Under the pieces are notes generated by a model that was not told the origin of the DNA, searched no databases, and was given only the letters and a program-made list of their open reading frames with translations. Below are positions 1 through 12,380 of a stretch of DNA of 64,000 nucleotides, piece by piece. Each line of letters begins with the position of its first letter. Within the stretch, counting starts at the first letter, position 1. The position numbers were made by a program, and so were the translations under genes. Source of the DNA: Macrostomum lignano (Eukaryota); contig NIVC01000890.1 in the NCBI GenBank assembly GCA_002269645.1, positions 353,920 to 417,919 of the forward strand, read 5' to 3'.

Positions 1-1033
1 TGCAGCAGCAAAGTCGCGTGGCGCAACTTAACGGCAAAGCCTCAGTCAATGTACATGTACATGAAAATGAGATCGCGCCTCCACGATGGCTTCCCCAAAA
101 GTCACTCCTTAACGTCATTAAAAAAACCTAATGGGTGCTACGTACGCGCCCCTCTTTCACTGTACATACGACATGGCAATGATTTATGATTAGCGATTAA
201 ACTTGCTATTGAATCTATAATTCCGACGGTTCTTGAAATGTGAATACAGATAAATTAGAGTGAAAAATAATCTCTGAGTCAGAAATCAGCAATTCCTTTT
301 ATACAACTGTATTTTAGTAGTCAAACTGCATGGGATAACCAAAAACATGAAAAGCCTCCTCAGGTGTTTCATTACATGCACATGTTTGCATCCGGGTTAC
401 AGAATTCCCTCGTTAAGAAACGGATCTACATGTATCTGCATCTGCGAACTAATACTTTACGATCGACGCCATAATCCGCACATACATGGTTGACTCCATT
501 CCTAATTTTCTATGCAGAGAGAAATATCTTATATCCAGCTAATTATGTCAACAGCACGTCATCAATCAATCACAGCTGATGAGTCAGCAATCAAATAGAA
601 TAAAAAAATCACCGGCTAGCATGCAGTTTAATCTCACTTCATGACAGAATAAAGTAGCCATTTATCATGCTGTCAAGCGGTTCATTCACGCGTTTATCTG
701 GTTACTTCTCTACACAAATATCGTATATGGCTGGCCCACATGAGCAGCTGTGCAAACAAAAAAGTAGTTGCAGAACAAAACCGGCTCGTGACCTGAGCAA
801 ACACGCAATGATTTACCGGATAGCCCCCACAGCACCCGATAAGGCACCAAAAGTAGTTCCTGATCCTCCATCCACCGGGATCGGCCGGCTCTCGCTGTGT
901 CACAGAAATTGAGCAAACAATGATTTGGGGGAGTGCTCCAGTCTGCCCCGTGTATAAGGCCGAATAAATATTCCCGATACACCTGATAAATCTGCTCAGA
1001 AATCAGAAATCAGTGCCACTAAAAAACTGTGAA

Positions 1034-3240
1034 ATGAACTCAGAAAAAAAATCTGAAATGAAAAAGCTCAAGCTGAAGCAGGCAAAGGATTTTCTTCCTG
1101 AAACCTGCGACTGGCTCGCGTTCGTCCGCTGCATCGCCGATGACAACGCTGACGACCTCAAAGAGTTCCGCGACTCTCTCGGACCCTCCGACTGGGCCGC
1201 ATTTCTCGCCAGCTCCGACCACCGAGGAGCTCGAGCTCGAGACCAAGCCGACTGGATCGGGTCTGGCGATCCGGAGCAGGACGACAGCGACATTCCGTTC
1301 CCCACCAACCCGTTCTTCGTCGCCATGTTCTACAACGCTCAGCAGTGTCTGCGCCTCATGCACGAGACCTCGGACAGCGGAAAGGACACGGTAGACTTTG
1401 CTAAGATCAGAGAGCGAGGCTTCACGGCCTACCACATGCTGCTGAGCGCCGTCCGCTTCATGTCCGGGACGGAGCAGCGCACGGAACAGCCGACGGACTG
1501 CGGCAGTACCGGCCGAGATCTCGTCGAGCTCTTTCACCGTCGCCTGTTCACCAGACAACAGCAGGCCGAGATGCTGCAGGTCAGCAGCCGAGGCATGACG
1601 CCAATGAGCTGGGGCGTGTTTCTCGGACTGGCCGGTCATGTCGAGTACATCATGCTGCACCACCTGGCCAGCAGCGAGGTGCACTCGGACTCGGTAGGCA
1701 TTCGAGAGCGAGTGAGCGTCGATGTGACCGACTGGTTCGGCGAGAACCCAGCGTTCTTCACCAGCCCGATCTGCGTGCTGCTCGACGTGTACAGCCAGGC
1801 CACCCTGGCGGAGCTGAAGGCAGCAGGCGTGTTTCGCAACGGCTTCCTGTGGAGGCGCTGGGTCGAGGCGCTGTACGACCGCAACCGGTGGGCGATCAGA
1901 TTGATTGTAGCTTTTATCTTTACGCAGACGGTTGCCACGGTCGTGTTCTCTGGTCCGGGAGTGAACCATTTCTTGCAGAGTCGTTGCCTTCAAAAGCAGA
2001 GCCGGCAGATACAGGCTCCACATGCTTCATCCATTGGCATTCTTATCGTGCTGCTCTTCTGGCTTCTAGGCTCTCTACCTGGACTGCTTTTTGCTGCAGC
2101 TGGCTTGTTTCGAAAGGAGCGATTCAGGTTGGTACTAATGTGACAACATTTACTGCCTTGTGCCACTTAGGTATTATTTCTAGCATGAAAATCTATCGGG
2201 GTCATTAAATGTCAGCACTTTATCACCTTTGATTGTTTTTTTCATTGGGTAATCGCTTCGTGTGTACTTCTAGCGTAGGAATGTCTCTTGACTCTAAAGC
2301 ATGCAATTTTTTGGATACATTAAGCAACCAACGCAATCTCGACTCAATCCATTTTAGGAGGCAGGTCGGATACCCCAGTCGGCCTCGAAGGAGCTACATC
2401 GATCTGTTGCCATGGCTTGTGCCATGCGCCGTGTCATTGCCTACTGCAGTCTTTCTCATGTGGGTGTACATCGACACTGAGAGAAGCTGCAGAGTTTTTG
2501 AGAACCTCATCTACCCTGCGAGTGGCTGCGCTACCAAAGTTCTGCTGCTGACTGTCCTGAACCTCATCGTGTGGTTCATGCGTCTCGTGACACCGATATC
2601 CACTCTGATGAGCAGTTTCCATCGAGGCCTCATGACGTTCACGATGTTCATGGCGTTTTACCTGGCTCTCACCGGAATATTTTCTCGAATGTTCCAAGGT
2701 AGCAACCCCGTGTCTGACAGCGCCAACCTGACCTCAACTGCCGAGACACTGAATGATTACATGCGCTCTTTCTACACCACCTTCCTGGTGTCCCTCAACA
2801 TTATCGACACCAGCCTCTACGTGCCCGAGATCGACCGGATCGACCTCCTCATCACCCACGTGACCTACGTCCTGTTCGTGCCCATCCTATTCATCAACTT
2901 CGTGGTCGGAGTTCTGTCCTCGGCCGTGAACCACGTCATCGAGCACGAGGTAGAGAACAGGTACTTGATCATGCTGACTGTGTCCGAGATTATCGAGCGA
3001 GACTACAGCTGCATCAGGAGTTTGTTGAGCAGGATGCTGGGCAGGTGGTTGGGTAAGCGGAAGCGAATCCTGATTGGCGGCTACCTGCCGATCACAGGCG
3101 GCAGTCGGCTGTTCAGCGACAGCTCGACGACTTTGCCACGAGGCTTCTGGAAGAGGCGTCAAGTGATTGGTAGTGCGGATGCTGCGGTCACTGTGCAGCC
3201 AGTAAGGTGTATGAAGAGTGGCGTGCCGGTTGTGGAATGA
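1034..3240 (+). CDS. TRP-like (TRPV/TRPA-like) 6-TM cation channel, copy 1; exons 1034-2127 and 2358-3240 (~658 aa)
   Basis: ORFs 1013-2143 and 2233-3240 join in frame: donor AG|GTTGGT at 2128 (phase 2), acceptor TTTTAG| at 2357. This acceptor is the position homologous to copy 2; an alternative in-frame acceptor lies at 2273. Ankyrin-like N-terminal motifs (NPFFVAMFYNA, GFTAYHML), six hydrophobic segments, pore-helix-like FYTTFLVSLNII and S6-like VLFVPILFINFVVGVLSSAV. Confidence 0.75.
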
Positions 3241-5191
3241 CTGTCAACTGATTCTAAATTTGCTTTTTAAGAGTATAGATGTACGAGGACATAGCCATGT
3301 GCGTCAATCAGCACTGCCTTGCCCAGCCTCCAAGTTTCGTTAGAATGTCGTCGATCACATACGTCTGCGTCATGCCTGACTTCGGTAGTAACTGGGTCTT
3401 CGATCATCCGAGCGGAGCTTCTGGGTCATCAGCAAATAATAACATCTGTAGTATAGCAGAGCCCCTCAATTGGCATTATCTGATATAGCTGGTATGCGTA
3501 GAAAGGACTAAGTAGTATTAATAAGAAGTTTTCTGTAAGTTATTATTTGTGTATCAGAAAAAATAATATTGTAACAGGAGAACCATTCGGTGTACGTAAA
3601 GATTGTAGACAGTGTAATTTAAAAAAATTCAAATTTGACAGAAATTTTCGTAGCGAAGCAAAAATAGGACATGTACGAATCTTTTCTGGGTAAAGTAGAA
3701 AAAATTGATGGATTTTTACCAGCGCAAACCTTTGAGTAATAAAAATGTGTGTAAAAAGTTTTTTTTACATTAATAAGTACACGTGCACTGAACGTAAGTT
3801 ACGCTTTGAGCACCGATTTAAAAAACTCTGCCTTGGAGCGCCCTTTACACTGATGTAATTATCATTGAGCACGAATCACAACTTCTGTAAAGCAAACTGT
3901 TTGTTTGCTGGAAATAATATCTTTAGAACTACACCAGGTCAACTACATCACGCAGTTACCATGAATTAAGCAAAAACGCTCGTACAACACGATAAAGCAA
4001 AACAAATCTACACAGCAACAAAAAACTCAAGCAAAGTACGAGCGTATGTTGATAAAAGGGAGAATCACAAGTAAATAATTACCACAATAGCAACTTCAGC
4101 AATAGAAGGTCGAAAGAAAAAGAAGATACACAGATAAATCGCAGATACCAGAAACACTCAGCCTCAGCATTTCCAAATTGTGTCATGGATGTTTTCTGAA
4201 TAATTCTGTGATCAAATGATGTCCATGGAAATGATATTTTTGGATTGATCCCAATCTTACCCATATTTATTTCAAATTTAATACTTTAATGGACCAACAA
4301 ATGTTTGTTTTGAAGATGTCTTCATAAATCCGTAAGACAGGAAAAGTTAATTATGAATTCACTGATTATTTGTAAGACCGTAGTTGCTTCCGGCTTTAAC
4401 CTTGACGATTTCTAATATGATTACTAACTTAATGCGTAAATTTATCATGCTAATCGTCGATTCTGTTCATCACTTTGTATCCTGGTCTGTATCCTGGTTG
4501 GCTAAGATAACGGATGTAAGAAAATCAGATAGCCATGCGAGATACTCAGGAATTTGAGTATGTTAGTCACCTATCCAGTGTTTCAAGTACAGTATCTGCG
4601 CTACAGATAGAAGCTCTCAAGGTTGGTGTTTGGAATTTAGAAAAAATGTTAAAAATCAAACAGGATCCAGCCTAACTCATCACGGATGTGCACATTTTTA
4701 GCGCGAATTCTTCAAAATAACAAAATTTGAAAAAAAATGAAAATAAATAGATACGATTTCATGAGCCACTGTCGAATAAATAATCAAATATGAGCTTTCA
4801 ATAACAACTTAACCAGTCATTGATTTTTAGTAAAAATAAAAAACAAATCAGTTTGAAGACAGTGACGGCAAGGAATTCCAGCACAAAAAACACGGAAGAA
4901 GAAAACAGCTGATAAAAACTATCACAAGCTGATTATGGAAGCTGCTATAGTTTCACAACCAAATACAGGCATGAAAACAAAAAAAAATTAAGCAGATTTC
5001 AAAACCTGAATAAAATAATCCGATTCCCAGAACCATCAGAGTTTACGATTTGTACAAATAGTGATCTGATGATGAAAATTGGTTTAGCAACAGACGGACA
5101 GGGCCCAGCAGTTGCCCAAATTAATTTAGTCTGGATCAATAACACAGTTTCCGGTCTTGAATGAACAAGCTCTGTGTTTTCTGTTTGTAAA

Positions 5192-6926
5192 TTAGTCATC
5201 TCCATTTGCTAAAGTCAAGTGACATGTAGCACTGGACTCGGCACTCATATTTGCATTCAGCAACTCCGCTTTAAAACTTGCCCACAGACAGCGGAAATTG
5301 ATGTGCAGGTAAGCTGCTCCTTTTACGGGTCGCTTCGTGCGAATTTGCAGTCTGGATAATTCGGGAAGGAATTCCATTTCCGGCTGGCCGTAATCGACAA
5401 AGCAGAATCTCCAAAGCCAGTCCTGCTTTATTTCCTTCATCTTTGCCACTTCCTCTGGGTTCAAACTCGTCAGAACTTCATGGTTTTGTTCAGCACATAG
5501 GAGACTTCGAGCCTCGTCAATATTGTCAGACTTCAGGAAGCACATGACTTTGATGCAGAGTTTCGCAGATTTGCAGCTATCTGGAAGAGTCTCAACCAAT
5601 CGGAGGACTTCTTCTTTTTCCCATTCATCAGAGTGGAGTTCTCGAATGCAGAAGAATACTAAGCTGTAGATCCGAGCGAAAATGTCAAGACCCTCGAATT
5701 CTTCAGGCGGCACTGTCAGCGGCAGCAGTGTGAAAGGATGGAAATAGAATTTAGTAGACTCGAGAGGCTTCAAGAGCTTAGAGAGCTCAGTTTCCAAGAC
5801 ACCAGGATCATTAAACACATCCCAAAGTCGCTGAAGTACAGCTTGATTAGTTGCATCAAATGCACCTCCGGTAATTCCTGCGTTCTTGTAGTGCAAATAC
5901 GAATCAGGCATGAAGAAGTGCTTCATAAAGGCTTCATCCGGGAGCTGTTCTCTATTCGTGATAACCGAAAGCAAAGCTTCTCTCAGCAGGCCCACCAAAT
6001 TTTCCGGCTCCCAGTCCTGAGGTCGTTTTAATTTTCGCTCCAGCATGAAGAACAGGACGCTTCTCGCGTGATATGTCTTTAAACCAGTGGTTTTCCAAGT
6101 CTTTGGGAGCAGGCGCTTGAAGATGAACTTGATGAGCACAAAAAGCTGGCCTTGCACTGTGGTCAGCCTCCTCATTATCTCCTTCTCTCTGAAGCTGAAG
6201 CTGAGCCGCATTTCGTTGCTGCTAGTCAGTCCTGTGGCTGTCACCAGGTGAACTGGCTCATCACGGGCATTCGGCAACAGCACGCGAACTCTGTCTTGTC
6301 CGTAGCCACTGCAGCAGGCGTAGGCGTGGCAGATGTCCTGGGCTGGACGGAGCCCGCACGAGCTCGAAGCGCTGGCTGGCTGGCTGCCTGAAGTAAGAAA
6401 GATTTTGATTGCCGGATTATCCTAATTGATGATTTAGAGTGAACTGTGCTCTAACATCTATTCAGGAAAAAACTACTAAAAATAAAATTCAAACCGTACC
6501 AGCAGGTCTCTTGGTTTCGGCATGACCGTCCCTGACTATTGACCGTTCCAGTTCCTCAGGTGTATCGTCGCATTTGCAGTGTCCCATTAGATGAAACGTC
6601 AGCTTCTTAAGATTCCTGGCCCTGTCCTCTTCCTCATCTCCCTCTTCCTTATCTTCCTCTTCCTCATCTTCCTCTTCCTCATTCCAGTCCTTAATAGAAG
6701 GCCGAATTATGACTGTCCAATCAATGTCCGAGTCGGAAGCTGTTCGGCCGTTCACCTGCACTAGGCTGTTGCCCACTCCATCAGAGTAGCTTCCCGTTAA
6801 ATGCCAATCTTCCTTCGTGAGATCGCGGGCCAGTTTCTGGAGACAGTCTGCCATCTGCTGTAGTACCTTTGCTCTCTGCTCGGTGAATCCAGCGTCACAT
6901 AGACTCTTGTGAAGCCTCAGACTCAT
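5192..6926 (-). CDS. Mab-21/cGAS-like nucleotidyltransferase (cGLR); exons 6926-6500 and 6387-5192; probably the 3' part of a larger ANK-cGLR gene
   Basis: NTase motif LTGSYSDG...SDSDIDW and a third acidic residue in AQDIC. Mab-21 C-lobe motifs RLSFSFREKEIM, LKTYHARSVLFFMLE, DWEPENL, MKHFFMP. Intron 6499-6388 (G|GTACGG ... TTTCTTACTTCAG|) is phase 1 and joins the two ORFs in frame. Confidence 0.85.
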
Positions 6927-7481
6927 TTGCTTATACTTTCTATCTGAGTCTACCTGGGTCCTCCTACAATTTTTTATTACGAGGCGGGAGAATTAGTTAT
7001 TTACATGCACTTTCCGACTTTCATTTCCCAAGTTTTCATCTGTTCTCCATGGCCGGAAATCCGTGGACACAACCAGTCTCGTTGGTAGAAGTCCTCAGGT
7101 GTGCTTCTACCAAGGTGACTGGTGGCGGCCACCCCTATTGACATGTATTCCCTAGAACCTTGGGTCCTCCAGCATTAGTTTAGTTGTCCTTGTCAACATA
7201 AGATGAACATCTCCAGAGGGCGATCGGCCTGACGTGCAGTTTCAGCGCCAGAGCTCGGTTGTCAGCGTCTGCACCGACGCACGGTGGGGTGACGTCATTA
7301 ACTTCACAGACTTCAATTCCAAATCTGTTTCTTCCCAGCCAGCCTTTTCATCCGATAATTTCTAGTCTTTTTTACGTTAGATTAAAAATCGATAATTTAT
7401 ATAAAGCTATTTTTTTCAAATTGATTTCAGTAAAAATGGAAGGTAAAATACTGTTTTAATGTATTTTTTATGCTAAAGTAC

Positions 7482-10400
7482 TTACTCGTCATGGTGCAAA
7501 AGAAGCTTGAGGACGTCAGATTGGTGATGCAATGTAGCCAACTGTATGCACGTGGCATCATCATTATCTTTATGCATAATTCTAGCCCCATTGTCAATCA
7601 GCGTCTTGACCGTTTTGATGTGGCCCCAGATGCTCGCCCAGGAAAGCGCAGTCCGACCTTGGCTGTCCTTTTCATCTACAGGCGCTTGCTGCGCTAGGAT
7701 TTGTTCTGCTAGCTCGTGATGTCCGCAGTGTGCGGCAGCGATTAATAAAGTCGTTTCGAGCTCAAATGGCTGTTCGCTGTCCTTCGTTCGGTAATGAATG
7801 TCCGCGTATTCAAGAATGGCGCTTGCGAGGGCAACATGACCCTCTGACATGCTCTTGAACAGCACAGCAGCAATCATATCGTGGCATTCTCTGCTGAACT
7901 GAATGTCGATGCCAAAATTCTCTTGAGCACAACGTTTCAGCTCACCGAAAATAAGTTTAATCAGTTCGAAATCTCCAAGCAGAGCCTCGTTGGCCAGAAA
8001 GTGCAAAATATCGGGATGAGTGAAGTCAGGTCGGAACTTAGATCGAACGATGTATAAAATCATGGAGAAGTTCCGCGTTCTTAACGCTCCAATAAACGCT
8101 CGGAAGTGACAGTGCTTAATAACTTTCTTTGTAGAAGCTAGTCTAATGAGACTTATTAGCAGTGCTACAGTCTCGCCTTTTCCTATAATGTTTGAAATTT
8201 TTGAGCAGAAATGGTCTCTCTTTCGTGTAAGTTCTTTGCTAACAAATCTTAGGATACCACACGCAATTCTAGCCTTGTTCCTTTCAATAGCCTCAGGCAA
8301 AAGCTGAAGACATTTCTGATCTCGGTCGTCAGCATCAGTCACTTCTGTCAAAAGTAGCAAAACTAGCTTCCAATTGCGATCCTCCATATTTTCAATCAAG
8401 GCTGCAGGCCAAAGCTGGTCGCAAAGCGAGTTTCTTGTCGGGTGACAGATACACATTGAAGACGCTTGAAAGCCCCCAGGCTCGATATCAGCCGATCCTA
8501 AACGTTGATAATTCCAGCGAGGACAAATACGATTTGTCAACTCATTAATCAGTTGTTTCAGTTTAGAAGAATTTGATGCTGAATATCTCTCAATGCGCAA
8601 CTGATCTTTAAAGATCGGACACACTTTTATGTTTTCAACTTGTGCAGAATCTACTAATTTTAATGCAAGTTCGCTTTTATGATGCTGGAAAGCCGTATTC
8701 ACAGCAGTGACAAATCCTTGACACTTACTAGTAGGAGTATCTATCAATCTTAGAATTTTGATAATGTACTCCCAATCATTTTCTGACTCAATATGCACTA
8801 CACTCAGCTTTATCATTTCTAGATATTCTTTGACATCATTTTGATTATTCTTATTGAACATTTTTAGATAGGCATCTGTAGCAACCTTTGCATAGGAATT
8901 GTTGTGCCGGACAATCTCCAAAACATCCTGCCAGTCATACTTGGAAGCTGCCGATTCGATTAGCTTGGGAATGCATCTATCCTTGCTTCCGCAATGGCAA
9001 GTAGTGCTGGTGCACTTCTCCTGATGTCGATTAAATGACTGAATTCCTGCCTCAGCAAACCCATAACTGAGTCTGCTGTGGCCACAGGGGCTACGTACTC
9101 TACCGACACTGTGAATGGGTTCAGACTCAGGCCGCAGATATTGCAAAAGTAGGTGGTTTTTCAGGTCACCCCTACTTTTGGTGCAGGAAGATACCCGCCG
9201 TAAAAAGTCATTAATATGACGAGATTTGTCTAAAATTTTTATTATATTAAACGGGCCCATGCGTTCCTTAACCACACGGTCTAATGACCTGTCAAGGTGT
9301 AAAACCTCTTCAGTTAAAATTAGCACAATCTCGTCAGTTAGGGCGATGTTCTGTTTCTCTTGAGCGAAATAATGAATCAGTGTGACACTTATCGCCCATT
9401 CGATCTTGTCTATAGTTTTCAGTTTCTCAAGGAGTTCAGAAATGTTTTTATTTTCATTCAGTGTTTGCACTTTTTGGAGCGGATCAAAGTTGTCTGTTGT
9501 GCCGAGAATCGAGAGAATTTGACAAACCACAGACCAATTTGAATGTCGAATAGCTTCTGTCAAAATAAAATTGAGCCAGTCGTTCTTGGTAGCAACAGGC
9601 AGTTTTTGACGCTCAACGAACCGAAATATGATTTCCAAGATTTGACAAATCACAGACCAATTCGAATTGCGAATCGCTCCGTTCAAAACAATCTTGAGCC
9701 AGCCATTCTTGATTGTAAAAGGCAATTCATGATGCTCAGTATTGTAATGAAATATTATGTCTAAGGTTTGGCAAACCTCAGACCAGCTTAACTTTCGAAT
9801 GGCTTCTTTCAAAAAAATCTTGAGCAAATCATACCCTTTAGCGGCAGGTAGGTCACGATGCTTAATAGCGCAGCAAATGAGTTGCAAGATCCAGCTCCAA
9901 TGGTTTTCACTTTTTGATTTGCGATCGCTTTTAGCATTTCTCATGCCAGAATCCAACGTGAAGGCAAACATGATGGCCCTTGTATAGCATCGGAGAACTA
10001 TGTTGCTTTCTTGATACTTTACCTTGTCCAACAACTGAGCAACGAATTTCTTCGAATCCTCAGCACTTTTTGCACTTGTTAGAGCAGTTTGAAAGCATTC
10101 TTCAATGTTATCGCTAGAATCTACAATATCCATAAGCTCTAGGATCAGTTCTGGTCTTCTATATGCAGCGGCTTTTTTCATGGCTTCAAAATAGCAGCTA
10201 TCCTTGATTCCTGCTTCTGTTTTTGCCACTAAAAACTTCTTGATATAATCCCACTCACTGTCAGTCGGTGATTGATCTAGTAGCCGTCTAATTGCAATTT
10301 TGCGACATTCGTCTTGGGCAGAAAATGCTTCAGCTTTTGCAATTGTTGTTTCAACAATTTCCCACTCTCTTTTCGACGAGGCAGCCTTGACAATTTTAAT

Positions 10401-10595
10401 GCAGCAAAAATCTTTGACCCCAAAGTCGGCTGAATCCAGCAGCCTCCTCACGGTGTCACTCAGATTATAAAGTTGCGAGCTTGTAGACACGTCTAGCAGC
10501 ATTAAAAATTCAATCCATTTTGACTCCGAGAACACTCTGCCATACCATTCATTCAGATCGGCATCTGAAGGTGCCCGTGCACCTCCAGTAGCCAT
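7482..10595 (-). CDS. 1037-aa helical-repeat protein with C-terminal ankyrin repeats; likely exon 1 of an ANK-cGLR gene
   Basis: Uninterrupted 3.1-kb ORF with about three ankyrin repeats (TLLIAAAHCGH, GRTALSWASIWGH, ATCIQLATLHHQ) and three internal ~44-aa repeats (AIRxSNWSVxCQIL). Its stop codon overlaps a perfect GTAAGT donor at 7485-7480. Confidence 0.8.
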   Translation of the reverse strand: MATGGARAPSDADLNEWYGRVFSESKWIEFLMLLDVSTSSQLYNLSDTVRRLLDSADFGVKDFCCIKIVKAASSKREWEIVETTIAKAEAFSAQDECRKIAIRRLLDQSPTDSEWDYIKKFLVAKTEAGIKDSCYFEAMKKAAAYRRPELILELMDIVDSSDNIEECFQTALTSAKSAEDSKKFVAQLLDKVKYQESNIVLRCYTRAIMFAFTLDSGMRNAKSDRKSKSENHWSWILQLICCAIKHRDLPAAKGYDLLKIFLKEAIRKLSWSEVCQTLDIIFHYNTEHHELPFTIKNGWLKIVLNGAIRNSNWSVICQILEIIFRFVERQKLPVATKNDWLNFILTEAIRHSNWSVVCQILSILGTTDNFDPLQKVQTLNENKNISELLEKLKTIDKIEWAISVTLIHYFAQEKQNIALTDEIVLILTEEVLHLDRSLDRVVKERMGPFNIIKILDKSRHINDFLRRVSSCTKSRGDLKNHLLLQYLRPESEPIHSVGRVRSPCGHSRLSYGFAEAGIQSFNRHQEKCTSTTCHCGSKDRCIPKLIESAASKYDWQDVLEIVRHNNSYAKVATDAYLKMFNKNNQNDVKEYLEMIKLSVVHIESENDWEYIIKILRLIDTPTSKCQGFVTAVNTAFQHHKSELALKLVDSAQVENIKVCPIFKDQLRIERYSASNSSKLKQLINELTNRICPRWNYQRLGSADIEPGGFQASSMCICHPTRNSLCDQLWPAALIENMEDRNWKLVLLLLTEVTDADDRDQKCLQLLPEAIERNKARIACGILRFVSKELTRKRDHFCSKISNIIGKGETVALLISLIRLASTKKVIKHCHFRAFIGALRTRNFSMILYIVRSKFRPDFTHPDILHFLANEALLGDFELIKLIFGELKRCAQENFGIDIQFSRECHDMIAAVLFKSMSEGHVALASAILEYADIHYRTKDSEQPFELETTLLIAAAHCGHHELAEQILAQQAPVDEKDSQGRTALSWASIWGHIKTVKTLIDNGARIMHKDNDDATCIQLATLHHQSDVLKLLLHHDE

Positions 10596-10708
10596 CAGCT
10601 ACCTCTAGCTTTAAAGTTTTAGAAGACTTTAGTAAATTTCCTGGTAGACTCTCATGAAGTTAAGGGTTTGAAGGATATGAAATATTTGACAGCAAAAGTT
10701 TTTTAATG

Positions 10709-11275
10709 TGGACAAGTCGTGGTACCTGCGGTTTCGGCTACTGGTTTTCTTATTTGCTACTAAGGATTTTACTAGTGGATTACTGTCTGCTGTACTGATT
10801 TGAGATTTGGTAGAATCGCTGCCACCAGGTTTCCTGCTTTCCCTAATTCTAGTACTTTAGATTAAAGAAGTGAGTCAGGACACCAAAGATTATGGTTAAC
10901 AGTTGGAAATATTTAATAATAAGAGAATGCGTACAAAAGGTTATTTGTTTTACATTAATTCCCTAGTTTTATTCCCGTTGTGCGTTGGGCAAGACTCCCA
11001 ATATTTAGAGGCAAGACTCCTCTGTGCAAGCCTATCTCTTATATTTCCCTTTCCTTACCACTTCTTCGTGAACTCTCTTAAGTTAAATAGGAGAAGACAC
11101 TCCAACGAAGGCTTTCTTTCCCGAGAGCCCAACTGCTCTGTAGTTCTAAAGGAACCCCAATTTTATCCACTTACCCCCGCTCTAATTATTTCCCCGGGTT
11201 GAAACTACTGATAGTAGGGTAAAAGCATATTTAAACCTGCATTAATTCCCGTTCCTAAAATAATGCCCTACTACA
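10709..11275 (-). repeat. 3' LTR (567 bp)
   Basis: Direct repeat of 19082-19634, apparently identical by eye except 14 extra bp at 11098-11111. PPT GAAGGGGAGG (minus strand) abuts it at 11276-11285. Confidence 0.95.
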
Positions 11276-11474
11276 CCTCCCCTTCGCTACAAAAATGTGC
11301 AAAACCCCCTTTTGTACATTGATGATTATATTTATTAACAAAATTTGAGTTACGTAATAAGTATTAATTCGCTTATCAGCGATGTACTGAATATAGGGAT
11401 TAAGTAAGCAACTATTATGAATATGAAAATGTAATGCGTAAATCATACGCATTACATGAAACATAAATTCCTAG

Positions 11475-12082
<608 letters not shown>

Positions 12083-12380
12083 GCATATTGCTATATTGCT
12101 AAAACAAAACAAAAAAAATTTTTAGCACACTACAACAACAAGATATAAGCATAAGTGGTGTGTGTCTTATTAGCATCGGATTGAGTAATGTTGGCACTAT
12201 TAAGAATAACATGTAGACATATCAAAATTAGAAAACTGTACGCAACGTAAAATGTGGACAGGTCCTTGTGTAAAAAGGAAGTGCTATGATTAAAGCAAGG
12301 CAGCGATTTAATGCAATTTGTCCCAAAAAATGGTAAAAAAAATAGCCACTATATAGTAAAATGCAGTTCGATTACTCTAG

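Noticed and set aside
1040-2023. Long antisense ORFs over the TRP genes (also 25745-26623 and 29698-30540) and over the caveolins
   Set aside because: Shadow ORFs of GC-rich coding sequence; no independent motifs.
2233-2357. Track ORF start and the in-frame acceptor at 2273 as part of TRP exon 2
   Set aside because: Homology with copy 2 places the acceptor at 2357; the extra 84 nt are likely intronic, although alternative use is possible.
10903-11202. ORFs inside the LTRs (also 19276-19581)
   Set aside because: Short, start at TTG, and their frame is altered by the 14-bp LTR indel.
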